A DNA stretch of 64,000 nucleotides from Azolla caroliniana (taxonomy: Eukaryota; Plantae; Polypodiophyta), in contig JBHGNT010000006.1 in assembly GCA_043228905.1 (NCBI GenBank), forward strand, positions 15,190,001 through 15,254,000, written 5' to 3'. Positions 12,794 through 25,570 of the stretch are shown here, piece after piece (position 1 is the stretch's first letter; each line of letters starts with the position of its first letter). Under the pieces are notes generated by a model, which made no database searches, had not been told where the DNA came from, and saw only the letters and a program-made list of their open reading frames with translations. The position numbers were made by a program, and so were the translations under genes.

Positions 12794-12940
12794 GTGTATG
12801 TAGTTGGGTAGTGTTAGGGTTGTTTATATGTTGTGAGTAAATAGCAGAATGTATATGTACTACATACATGCATACATACTCTATAGAGTCAATCAGTCAG
12901 TCAGTCAGTCAGTCTAGTATGTATGTATGTATTGTATGTA
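12509..12940. repeat. Microsatellite cluster around the TIM10 5' end: (GAA)n, (GGAA)n, (CTGT)n, (TTCC)n, (CTG)n, (CAGT)n, (TATG)n
   Basis: Directly visible. Confidence 0.95.
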
Positions 12941-12980
12941 CATATACTCGCCTCTCCTCTCCGTCCCCCGTTTCTTTCTC

Positions 12981-15900
12981 TTTATCGTGCCGAAAGTCCT
13001 CACTAGTAAGGATCAGGTGATATTTATCGCAGTTTGTTACTTCCCCCCGAAAGGGTCCCGCTACAATATGGCTGGAGAGGCGAGTATAGTTGATGAAGGA
13101 ACGCCACATGGGCCTTCCCCATACGAACCTTTGTCGGATGACATAATCCGATATTCTTCTCAAGGGGAAGTCTTCCTGGTAGGAGATTTCAATGCGAGAA
13201 CCCAGTCCCGACAATGCACAATATTTCAGATGGATAGAAACCTAGAAATGGTGAATGTCGACCCTTTAGCCTTAGGCATAACACGTACATCGAAGGATCA
13301 AGGTGCGGATGCCACAAGCTTTGGCCATCATCTGCTTGAACTTGGAAGCCGACACCAGATGATCATATATAATGGCTTAGCCAAGTGGCCGGGCTCGGAA
13401 GAGCTCACATGTTTCCCACATGGAGGAGGGGAAAGCACCGTTGATTATCTAATAGGACGCCCTGAAGCTACCCACATGGTTAGCTCCTTCCGGGTGGCCC
13501 CATGCCCCATTGGGGCAGACCATACCTTCCTATACTTTGAGCTAAAATGTGACACCTCCCACACCACCAACTCTAGTAAACCAACCCATCACACTATAAT
13601 ACATTTCACGCATGAGCTCGCGGACATCTACTCTCGACATGTTTAAGCCCATCTTTCCTCGTTTGATTCTTCCTTGCCTTTAGAGAACCTCACTACAGAA
13701 CTCACACACATCCTTCACTCAGCCGCCACTAGTAGCTTCCCATACACGAAAGACTCCAATCATAGTAGAATAGGGTCTATGCCACAAAACAAGTGGTATG
13801 ACGAGGATTGTAGAGAGTTGTATAGACAACTTAAAGTATCGCGACTCAGTGGTACTATCTCCTTAGTACAGGCTCGCAAAGAGATGCGCAAGATGACACG
13901 TCGTAAAAGACGAGCTTGGGAAGCATCTCAATATTGGGAACTCTACCATATGCTCATGAGTAGGGATTGTGCCCTTGCATGGAAGAGACTACGGGAACCG
14001 AGACCACAAACACCCATCGAGGGTCCCAATATTTGGCACACATATACCGAGAGACTCTACCATGTCCCGAACCAACCACCCATTCCAATGCCCTCCACAC
14101 CTCGACCTACCATGGGGACACTTTTCACGACCTCTAGGGTCACGAAGGTCATAAAAAAATTACAACATAGGAAATCCATGGACCACAAAGGATTGCGAGC
14201 CGAGCACATCATATATGCTCGAGAGTGCCTAGCTCCCCTTCTCACTCTAATCTTCAACCGCGCCCTCGCCGAGGGTTTTCCACCACAATGGGCCATGAAC
14301 ACTGTGGCCCCTATACATAAAGGAGGGGACCCAATGGACCCAAATACATATAGGACCATTATGATAGGTCATACGCTTGCTAAACTATATGGTGCAGTAA
14401 TGGAAGCGGAGCTCAGTGATTATATGGAAACATTAAGTCTTCGAGCACCCGAGCAGGCTGGCTTTAGACGAGCCTTCTCCACTATTGACCACATCTTCAC
14501 ACTTAGGTGCTTAATTGACCAAACAAAGGCTCGTAAGAAGAAACTATATTGTTGCTTTGTGGACTTTCGCAAAGCCTTTGATACAGTTCCTAGGGAGAGG
14601 TTGTTTGATAGACTTAAGAGCTTGGAGATACCAAATGACATGATTTGGGCCATTTATGCCCTATATGAGCAAGTCTGTGGGCGTGTAAGATGCCCAGGTG
14701 GCCTATCCGATTGTTTCACTAGCACCATTGGTGTAAAACAGGGTTGCCCCCTATCACCGACTCTTTTTGGGATCTACATTGATGAGATCACTGATTTTAT
14801 TGCTCGTAAGGGAGGCAAAGGAGTGGCTATTGGGGATACGCAAGTTAGTCTCTTACTCTACGCAGACGACATTGTCTTGCTCTCGGAGTCGAAACACGAC
14901 CTACAAAAGCATCTTAATGCCCTAGATGACTTTTGTACACAACGAGGACTGGTAGTGAATCTAGCGAAAACTAAAGTCCTTATCTTTCATACATCGTCCA
15001 GAGTTAGGAGTAAATGTCACCTCATCCTCTCTCATAAACTAGTTGAGGTGGTGGGATCTTATGTATACTTGGGAGTCACTTTTAGTGCTCGCTCAGGTAA
15101 ATTCTCGATGACCCAGGCAGCCAAAGATAGGCTAACGAGAGGATATGCATCCCTCTCACTCTTAGAGAGACAATGCCACCAAGCATACTTTCAAGAGCCA
15201 CAGACTAAGGGATGGCTTTTCGACTCATTAGTGACCCCGTCCCTCATGTATGCATCAGTAGTATGGGCTCCAGGTCTACCATCTTTCATGTGGACGCAAT
15301 TGGAGAGACCTTTAGTGGTGATGTTATCACGTCAACTCCGAAGCAAATCGACAGTACCACATGACATTATTAGAGCGGAGTTTAGCCTACCCCCGATGTT
15401 AGTAGAAGCACTCTTTCAAGTGGTAGCTTTTATTCATCGGATACATAGTCAACCACAAGATAGGATATCCCGTCGAGCCTTTGAGGCATCCCGATCCTTA
15501 CATGTGTCTGGAGACACTAACTCTTGGTATAGCATTGTGGTGAGTTGGTTATTTGCAAATGGCATAGACATTAATAACCTACCTCCCCTTAAGTACAACC
15601 ATGGGACTGATCAAACTTTAATCTCTCGGGAAGATCGTAATAAAGTGATACGCCAAGAAATATGGCAAATCTACACTCGATACAAATGGATCACCCCACG
15701 AGAGCCACTCCCATCTAAAATGGTGTACTATAAGGAACACTTCTTGCACTTCTCTAAGTTAGGGTTTATTACACGACCAAGATACCTAGATACTTTCTTA
15801 TCAAATGCACTAAGGGTGGCCATTGGACAACTTAGGATATCATCTCACCAACTTGAGATTGAGAATGGTCGAGCTAATAGAGTCCCTAGAGAGGAAAGGC

Positions 15901-16427
15901 TATGTAGGTTATGCCACATAGAGATAGAGGATGAGTATCACTTCACATGCAAGTGCCCAACTTATGCCGAGATACGTGCGGAATACCAAGACATACTAGG
16001 ACCCTCTCCCACCCTCTCCAAACTATTAGATACCCCGAGTGTAAAGAGACTAGGTAGGTATATCTTAGAGCTAAAACAACATAGGGAGGATAAATTACAA
16101 AGTGTTAATCATAACCCTTTTACTACTCATCAACATGTACCTAGTGTAATTTTTCAGGAACATGGGGAGACGATGAATGTGGATACACTTATGCCACTCG
16201 GCCTCTCCCTTGAGGAAGCAGAAATACAAAGAGCAACCAAACGTCCTCGGATGTTGGGCTTCAACACAAGTCAACGTGGAGTAGAAAAGATTAAGAAGAT
16301 AAGGGAACGTGAGCTACGTCGACTCGAAGCTATGGTTGGGGTACCTCTTACATGGGGACCACGGGCCACATCCATATGGCAACCCTTTGACCCCCCGCTT
16401 CTCTTCGAGAGACTTGGATGGAAATGA
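12981..16427 (+). pseudogene. LINE ORF2 (partial AP endonuclease, RT, C-terminal CCHC); one in-frame TAA at 13644-13646
   Basis: APE motifs VCYFPP, VGDFNAR, STVDY, ADH; RT motifs QAGFR, VDFRKAFDTV, GVKQGCPLSP, YADD, YLG; CRLC...EDEYHF..KC. ORFs 12927-13646 and 13674-16427 share a frame. Confidence 0.93.
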
Positions 16428-16643
16428 AATTAGGCCTAGTATAGAATCATTCTCATTGTAGAACATGTTTTTTATATAGAACATGTTTGTTGTTTTCTTA
16501 GAACTATTTAGCTTAAACTCTATTTTATCTTATTTTTATTTTTACTTTCGATGAATGGGTAAATATCCCATTTTTGTTGTACACCATTTGTCTCATGGGC
16601 CAATTTTGGCCTTAGAAGACGTTAATATATCTTTCTTTCTTTC
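12981..16643 (+). mobile_element. 5'-truncated non-LTR retrotransposon, RTE-X-like LINE
   Basis: APE+RT+CCHC ORF, 3' (CTTT)n tail, flanked by TTTCTTTCTC (12971-12980, 16644-16653) as probable TSD. Confidence 0.88.
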
Positions 16644-16783
16644 TTTCTTTCTCCCCTACCTAGTAAGTAGTAATCTATCTAGTACCTACCTACACATTTC
16701 ATTCCGTCACTACTCAAAACTACACTACACGCACATATTTTATTACATACATACTTATTACTGATACATACATACATATGAAG

Positions 16784-16815
<32 letters not shown>

Positions 16816-17438
16816 AGTCATTTAAGGGTATTCAATTTCTATCTAAGTCTTACTTAGAATAGAGATAAGTAAACATGTTTTGGGGCGGGGCAGGCTTATT
16901 AATCTCAAGTCGCTTTGCAGGTGAAAGAGCCATGCCCTGCCCAGAATCAATGTCTTCCAATCGAGCTTACGAACGGACAACATCAACTTGTCTTCCTTGT
17001 TGACGGCCTACAGTGGTCAATTTAGGTCCCCCCAACGGTCTCACTAAAGAAACTCATCATTCTCCTTGTCGTTTCTTTCCCAAAAGTAAACATCACATAT
17101 CAATTAACGCTAAAATATGGATGGATGGATGGATGGACAGATGGAGGATGTATGTGCAAATCATTTAAATATATTATTATAGTGGTTCTCAATAGGTAAC
17201 AATGAGATTTGCGGATATGAATCCCTCATATTGACAATGGCTCTTAGAGTATTTGAATCCAATATTACACAAGATTCACAATATTTGACCCTTTTACGTA
17301 ACGTGAGAAAACATAAGAATAAAATAGTGTTGGGGGAATATCCTTGAGTTTCAGCATTGCATGTCTAGGTTCAATGATCAATTTGCATTAGGTATTGTAA
17401 GCCTCATGAATTGTTTTAAAGTCAAAGCTTGGGCCACC

Positions 17439-19342
17439 TGTTACGGGCATGACCATATAATAACCCGTGGCAAGATTGTACCGTAGTATTTTATACACGT
17501 GAATAAAGTGTGAGGGTTAAATGAGAGTGTAAAGAAGGGAAGGATTACTTTTAATCCTTGGGATTGAGACAACCCATTAAGGCCAAGTGTTAACTTGCCT
17601 GGGGGGCTTAGGTCTAGCTATAAATATGAGGCCTACCTACCCTCATTTGACACGTTATCGTCTATGTCGAGACTCTGAATTCGTGGTGATTAAACTCTTG
17701 AAGCGAGTGCGCCAGTACTAGCTACGACTTGATGCCACGACATGTATGGGACGCCGATCGAGGCTCGAGTCCGTCTCGATCCCTTCACTCAGGGGTGGTC
17801 GGGTGGATCATCACCCTTCTTTCTCTCTCTCCTTTCTATTTTCCAATAATATATTTCCTTATCTCATACTTACATTAGGTTCAAAGCTCTAACACTTGGT
17901 ATCAGAGCTTTGATTCCTAATGTTTCTTTTAATGATTGGTTTTTGTTTTTTGGTTGGATGGTGATCGATTGATGTGTGGTCGACCTTGATCCAAAAAGGC
18001 ATCAACAAAAGAACTTCGATATTCTTTGTTCGGTATGGACCTCCATGTATTGGGTTTTAGGATTAAGGTGTTTCTTTATGGAGTGCGGAGACGGTATATC
18101 GCTCAAACATGAGCTCCACTTCCGATAGCAATGTCCCCCTATAGAATCATTGCTATCATGGATGTAACTAGGACTTCCCGGGAGGTCACCCATCCCAGTT
18201 GTTCTAGCTCAAGCACGCTTAACAAGCAATGCCCAAAGCATCTAGGCAACCACAAAACTCATGGTATGTGAGTTGCCAAGGTAGGTAGGAAAGTACTACA
18301 CATTGATCCCCAACAAGTGGTTGGCGGTCACCCGCTAGTGGGATATATCCGACTGCAAACGGACCGAAACTCAACAAGCGAGAACTTGACCGCATGTCCA
18401 ACCTTATCTAGCGTGCTCGATAGTGTTTAATGTATTTGTTCTTGAGGTCCGGAGTTCAAATATGGCCAAGACTATAAAACATTATTGATACATATGACTA
18501 TAAAACATGTTTCGACTTTAGGTCTAAGTGCACTTCGGGGCCCTCATAATTGGATTTAAAGAGCCGAAACCACATGGGTGGGCACAAAGACATAGTTTAT
18601 TGTTAACATTTTTTCATGTATAAACTATTCATGACATGAACATACATGGTTGAGCCTCGGGGAGCCACCATGAAAAAATCGATATAGAGATCAGGGAAAG
18701 ACATTCATTTGTCGCCCCATGGTTTTTAAAACACCTTTGTGTTACCATAGTAACTTGATTTTGAACCTCATCTCATACGTCTAGAGGGGTATTGACGTGA
18801 GATCATGATATCGATTAAAGTTTGCCCATGATATGTTTACATCACGACATGATGTTATGACTATTTGTCTGACCTTATCCTATTTCTTTGCTAGAAATTA
18901 TCATTCAATGGCTCATAAAAACGACCCGATGGCATCCGCCCAAGTGGAAGGAATTCAAAGAAATCCTCCTAGGCCAATCCCCATTAAGCCGTATTTTTTA
19001 CAAATACAAAATTTCCTTAATTCTACCTTGCACGAGATTTCCGAACTTTGGCAATCTCATAGTGCTCTTGAGGCACGTGTCATTAGTATACAACCTGATA
19101 CTAATAGACCCAATGAGCATCAAGGCGAACCATCCCCAATTTGGACTATCACTAGATAGTGCACGATCAAGCTCCAAAATCCTTCGAAGAGGCCATTGAA
19201 ATAATTCTTAATTATCAACGCACTTCGAAGGACCATAACAAACCCGAAGTGCCCGAACTAAACAATCGCAATTCGTTGGGAAACGCAAGACACCCAACGA
19301 ATTCATGGATCGTGATGGTAAGCGATAAAATCTTTTTTGTGT
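17439..19342 (+). mobile_element. Old Gypsy-like LTR element G, 5' part (LTR, PBS, leader, gag relic), interrupted at 19343
   Basis: LTR 17439-17894 TGTTA...TAACA with TATAAATA at about 17619; PBS TGGTATCAGAGC 17897-17908; gag-like IQWL...KWKEFKEILL and PKSFEEAI at about 18890-19210. Confidence 0.75.
18170..18223 (-). pseudogene. 5S rRNA-derived fragment (internal control region, Cassandra-like)
   Basis: rc GTTAAGCGTGCTTGAGCTAGAACAACTGGGATGGGTGACCTCCCGGGAAGTCCT matches the 3' half of plant 5S rRNA; the 5' half of 5S is absent. Confidence 0.85.
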
Positions 19343-21990
19343 TGTCGTGCTTTTCGGCATCGGATCGTTGCGTGGGTCGGATGGAAACCGCTAAGGTTAT
19401 GGACTAGGAGGAGGAGAGTTTTAAGGCTAATAAGAATATGTGTGTATTATGAGAAAGAGATAACGAAAACTTGTAAATCCCACGAGTGTATTGTATTATA
19501 TTAATCAACCCTTAGAATTCTAACAGTAAATTGGATTAGATTAGAAAAGATAGTTCGAAAATTGGGAATCACCTGAATATAGTCAATTTGATCAATATTT
19601 AGAAACCCAAATCAAAACAACCCTTACAATTTGCTTTCCCCCATCATTATATAGTGATGGGAGAGACGAAGTATATCCTACTACATGCAAGCATGATGCT
19701 TTTTCTCTAACTCGAGTGGTCATGCACACTAGCTGTCCTAGCTTTTTCTATCATACTTTTTCTTTTCTTTTCTTTTTCTTTTAACCCAAGTGTTCATGCA
19801 CACTCGATGTACATGAAGCACTTTCTATCATGCTTTTTCTTTTAACTCGAGTTTATGCATGAATGACCTTTCTATCATGCTTATCGAGAATACTTACATG
19901 AGATAAAGTTTTGTATAATTAAAATCTATAACTTTAACACTTACAATGTACTAGTACAATGGTAAGGCTTGAAATTGTTAACATGGAGGTACAAGGTTGA
20001 AATCTTGCCCTATGCATGTAATATAATTATTTTAGTAATTTCTCTTATTTCTTTATACTTAGTCAATCGGGTACTCTACACATATTTTACGTAGTGTACA
20101 AAGCACACTACGACACTCACCCCCTTCGAACCTACACATCCTCCAGTATGTGCCGAAGTTTCCAATACTTTTTACTCTTCTTCATCTGTAGAACCCTCTG
20201 TCTCTTCCCCTAGATTGATTATTAAATCTAGCTCACTTCCCTCGCTTTTCTGCACTTTTAGGATCCTTGTCCGATTTCTCCTTTGTGTCGGTTTTGTCTA
20301 AGATTATGCAGGGTTCGTCGTCACTTCGCTTCTTGAAAATCTTCACCCACTTCCCCGCTATAGGCACTCGAAGTATTGTTCCATCTAGCTCACTTAGCCG
20401 GTAAGTTCCGTTGTCGAATGATTTTCAAACCTCATATGGTTCGAACCATCGTTTAGCAAATTTCCGTATCGTTGTGTGTTGATGATCCAAACTATTGTCA
20501 TAGACTATGACCCAATCTCCTTCTTCAATCTTCTATGGTCGTAGACAGTGCTTTGTGTCGAAACGATTTTTGTTCCGGAATCGCACTTCTTGTTGTCGGC
20601 GTATCGCTTCCGCTACTATGTCTTCGGTCTTCCTTCTAGCTATCATATCTGGACCGCTAGCAGTTCTTCCCGACCAATCTCTTCCTTCCACGGTAGCACT
20701 GTCCATGTCGCAATTGCAGTTTCTGTAGGCATTACCAGAGCTTGTCCGGTCATAAGTTCTACTGGCATATAACCGGTCATAGAACTATGCGTTGTGCTAG
20801 TGCATACGGAAGCATCTACGACCAATTCTTCACCCTTCTGTCGCATGCTTTTGTGAGTGTTTTAACGATTGGACTATGTCCTCGTTCGATCTTCCCGTTT
20901 GCTTCTAGATTGTATGTCATGGTTAGTGTCAACCTTACTCCATGTTTGGCGAAGAATTCCCTAGCTTTATCAGAGTCAAGTTCTCCCCGATCCGCAATCA
21001 CTTGTCCTACACACCCATACCTGCAAAACAATTCTTCCAAGTGAAATTGGCATACAGTAGAGCATGTTTTCCTCCGTAGCGCCCGACCTTCTACTTGGTT
21101 CCTCAGATCTTCTCGAGCAAACACCAAGTACTTGTTTTGTCCAATCTCGGTTGGCATGGCCACGATGTCGACCATCCATTTAAAGTTGATTGTCAATGAG
21201 AATGTCGGATGTAATTCGTCCCGGTGTTGTACTCCGGAGTAGATTTGACATTTCTTACAGCTTTTCGTAAACTCCGCTACATCCTTGTACATATTCTTCC
21301 ACCAATATTTTTGCTTGATCTTTGCAAATGTTGCCCATGGATGTCCAACCCAATCAAATTCGTGAAATTCAGATATTACTTGTTTCTGTTGTTCTTTTGT
21401 GTTGAGTACCCGGAGTGGTATGCCATCCGGTCTTTTTCGGCTCCCTCCAGATTAATCCATTGTTCAAGAATAACTTTTGGACTTGTTGTTTCTTCAGTTG
21501 GATCTTGGCTCTATTTTCTTTAGTGTCCGATGATTCCTTGATTTCTTGTAGCACTTTCCTGATCAATATGCTTTCTCACTCGTATTCGTTTTCCCGGAAC
21601 TCCCGAATTACGTTCACCCGACATATGTGCTCTGAAGTAAAGTAATCTTTGGAAACTTCTTCATTATCCGATTTTGCTACTTCGTCTCCGAACCATGCCC
21701 TTGATAACATATCCGCTACTGTGTTGTATTTTCCCAAGATGTGTCGGACGTCTAGATTAAGTGACTTTACATATGCAATCCATCGTAACATAGCCACATC
21801 CGGTACTGTGCAACATCGCATCATTCCAAGTATCGGAAGACAATATGTTTCGATCACTACTTCGGCTCCGATCAAATAATCCCGATCCGATTTTATTGCC
21901 TACATGACTCCCCATAGCTCTCTTTTAACTTGTGCATATCCACGTTGCCTTTCGTTGAGAAACTTTGCTCTGAATCGAATTGGATATCAT
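19343..21990 (-). mobile_element. Gypsy element A1: 3' LTR (19343-20115), PPT, decayed RNaseH-integrase; interrupted by A2
   Basis: LTR TGTCGT...ACGACA homologous to the A2 LTRs; PPT AGGGGGTGAG 20116-20125; integrase motifs WMVDIV, ADRGEL, NGKIERGH. Confidence 0.9.
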
Positions 21991-22722
21991 TGTCGTGCCT
22001 TTCGGCTCCGGATCGTTGCGTGAATCGGGTGGGAACCACCGAGGTTTTGGACTAGGAGAAAAGAAAATTCTAAGATAATTAAGAATATGAAATATATGGT
22101 AAGAAAGAAAGATATGAAAAACTCGTGAATCCCACGAGTATAGTGTATTAATTGATACTTAGAATGTAAGAGAGAAATAGATGGCAAAATCGTGAATCCC
22201 ACGAATATTTTTTTATTAATCAATCCTTGTAAAATAATCAACAACCCCCCATACATCTTTCTCTCCTCCTTATATAAGGATGGAAGAGGCTAAGCATAAC
22301 TTCACGCTTTTTCTAGAGTGTTCATGCACACTAAATGTGCATGAGTTGCCTTTTTACACTATGCTTTTATTTCCTAAATATAATGCTCATGCTTGTTAGA
22401 TGTGCACGAATCATTTTTCATTGGTGTACATTTTTATTTTATAAATAAAGTATCCACGCATTCTAAAAAAATGCATGACTTACCTTTTAATAAAGGTAGG
22501 TGTAAATAAAGGTCTTATACGTATTAAATCTATATTTAGATCACTTAGGATAAGTTAGTACAATGGTAAGGTTGGGGTTTGTCTATGTGGCGGTATAGGG
22601 TTTGAATCTTGCCCTATGCACGTAATAAATATTTTTAATATTTTATTTTATTTATTATACGTACTTTAAATCAGATATAGTATTTTACATATTTTACGTA
22701 GTGTGTGATTCACACTACGACA

Positions 22723-25570
22723 CTCGCCCCCTCCGAACCTGCACATCCTCCGGTATGTGCCGAAGTCCCCGATGCTTGCTTTTCACCTTCATCCGAAGCT
22801 TCCTCCGATTCTCCCCTTAAGTCGACTATGAGTTGTAATCCACTTTCTTCGCTTTCCGCATCACCGTGATCTTCGTTCGATTGCTCTTTCTTGTCAGTCT
22901 TGTCTAGGATCACATAGGGTTCTTCATCAGTCCGCTTCTTGAAAATCTTCACCCGTTTCCCGACTATAGGCACTCGTAGCATTGTTCCATCCAACTCGCA
23001 TAGTCGGTAAGTTTCGTTGTCGAAAACTTTCCGAACCTCGTATGGCCCGAACCACCTTTTCACAAACTTCCCCATCGTTGTATGTTGATGATCCAAACTA
23101 CTATCGTAGACAATCACCCAATCTCCTTCTTCAATCTTCCGCAGTCATAGTCGGTGCTTTGTGTCGAACCGGCTTTTATTCCGGAATCGCGCTTCTTGTT
23201 GTTGGCGTATTGCTTCTGCTATGTCTTCCGATCTTCCCTCTAGTTGTCGTATCCGGACCGCCAGTAGTTCGTCCCGGCTCATCTCTTCCTTCCACAGTAG
23301 CACTGTCCATGTCGCGATCGCGGTTTCCGTTAGCATCACCGGTGCTTGTCCGGTCATGAGTTCTGTCGGCATGTAACCGGTTACGGAGCTATGCGTCGTC
23401 TGATCCACCCATAGTGCACACGGAAGCATCTGTGGCCAATCCTTCACCCTTCCATCGCATGCCTTCGCAAGTGCTTTGACGATCGGACTATGTCCTCGTT
23501 CGACCTTCCCGTTGGCTTCCAGATTGTATGCCGTTGTCAGTGTTAACCGAACTCCATGTTTGGTGAAGAATTCCTTAGCTTTATCAGAGTCGAGTTTTCC
23601 TCGATCTGTAATCACTTGTCCTACGCACCCGTGCCTGCAAAACACCTCCTCCAAAAGAAATTGGCATATTGCAGAACACGTTTTCCTTCGTAACGCCCGA
23701 CCTTCTACTTGGTTTGTGAGATCTTCCCGAGCTAACACCAAGTACTTCTTTTGTCCGATTCCGGTTGGCATGGCTACAATATCGACCATCCATTTGAAGT
23801 TGATTGTCGGTGAGAATGTCGGATGTAACTCATCTCGGTGTCGAACTCCGGAGAAGATTTGACACTTCTCGCAGCTTTCCGTGAACTCCGCTATATCTTT
23901 GTACATGTTCTTCCACCAATATTTTTGTTTGATTTTCACAAGAGTTGCCCACGTTCCTCGATGTCCAGCCCAATCGAATTCGTGAAATCCGGACATTATC
24001 CGGTTTCGTTGCTCTTTCGTCCCGACTACCCGAAGTGGTATGCCATCCGGTCTTTTCGGCTCCCTCCATATTAATCCATTTCTCAAGAAGAACTTTCGGA
24101 CTTGCCGCTTCTTACTTCGGATCTCGGCTCTCTTCTCTTTATTGTCCGATGATTCCTCGATTTCTTGTAGCACTTTCCCGATCAGCAAGCTTTCTCCCTC
24201 GTATTCTTCTTCCCAGAATTCTCGGATTACGTTCACCCGACATATGTGCTCCGAAGCAAAGTAGTCTTCGGAAACTTCTTCATTATCGGATTCGGTTATG
24301 TCATCTCCGAACCGCGCCCTTTATAGCATATCCGCTATCGCATTGTCTTTTCCGGAGATGTGTCGTACCTCCGGATTAAGCGACTTAACATATGCAATCC
24401 ATCTTAGCATAGCCACATCCGGTATCGTGCAACACCGCATCATCCCGAGTATCGGAAGACAATCCGTTTCGATCACTACTTCGGCTCCGATCAAATAATC
24501 TCGATCCAATTTTATTGCCGACACAACTCCCCATAATTCTCTTTTGACTTGTGCATATCCGCGTTGCCTTTCGTTGAGAACCTTTGCTCCGAATCGGATC
24601 GGATATCGCGAACCATCCGGATCGGCTTGATTGATGACCCATCCGATCCCGGTTGGACTTGTGTCAACCGTTACTATGATCGGATGGTCATAGTTCGGCT
24701 TCTTTAGTGCTTTTGCCCTCCGTAATGATTTCTTGAGCTTCTTCACGGCTTTGGTATGCTCCGAGTACGGAGCGTTTGATGGCTCTAGAATCCCCACCGC
24801 CACCTTCTCCTTGAGCAAGTCGATGACTTTCGGAATATGTGCCCGTGGCACCGGCATCGGCTTCAGGTTCCACAACACATGGTCAATCGTGAAGATCACC
24901 ATCGGCTCCACTATCTTCGGATCAACGCACCCTATCTCCTTCGATGTGAATGCAAATGATTCCCCATGTTGTTCCAACATCCCTCAGAATCGTTCTTCTT
25001 CATTTTGTAAAAAGAAACCACCTCCACTGATCCGAAGTTTCTTCCGGGTCTCATCCATGAAGGCATGTCCGATATCCACGAACTTCCGAAGTGTCGGATC
25101 TCCTGAGACTTCTTTCCTCTTTTGTTTGCTATCGACGAGTAGTGGTCCCGCGGCCGGTTTCACCTTCTTCTCCACGGTCTTGTATTCCGTACTTACCATT
25201 GCTTCTTCTTTGCGGAGCACATCCGGCCCCATTTTCACAATGATCTCATACATCTCGACCGATTCCACCAAAACTACCCGGTCTCGCTGGCTTGTATCTT
25301 TCGCGAGCTCTTCAAGCCATTGTAGCATGCTCCCATAGAGCATTTCTTCAACTATTCCCACGATTTCTTCATCTTCTTTTATCATTGATGCCGACCGTAA
25401 CTTATCCTCCACCTTTCGGTATTCTTTCTTCATTCCTCCGGTTACAGCCGTGTACGTAGATGCCCCATCCGGACCGATTCGTACTTGTTTTGCTCCGAGA
25501 GTTTTCTTCCTGTGTGGGGTATCAGGGCTTCTCGGACTATCACTTCCCCACTCCGCAACAGTCCGCTCTA
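22723..25570 (-). pseudogene. pol: A2 pol: RT core deleted, RNaseH and integrase retained with stops
   Basis: EPSNAPYS joined directly to EHTKAV; RH motifs VDTSPTGIG, ETDCLP; INT motifs H..WAGH, CEKC, WMVD, ERGH, GPY. Confidence 0.9.

Noticed and set aside
12358-12869. Low-complexity ORFs (poly-Q, poly-C, poly-A, CLSV repeats)
   Set aside because: Translations of microsatellites; only 12460-12503 and 12606-12624 fit the TIM10 model
13644-13646. Programmed readthrough at single stops in the LINE (and Copia F 28916)
   Set aside because: The stops replace ordinary sense codons by one substitution, with no readthrough context or second copy; simple mutation is more likely
18170-18223. Functional 5S rRNA gene
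   Set aside because: Only about 54 nt of the 3' half with substitutions; no 5' half or T-run terminator
18440-18470. B-box-like gaggtccggagttcaaat
   Set aside because: No convincing A box, tail or TSD to support a SINE call
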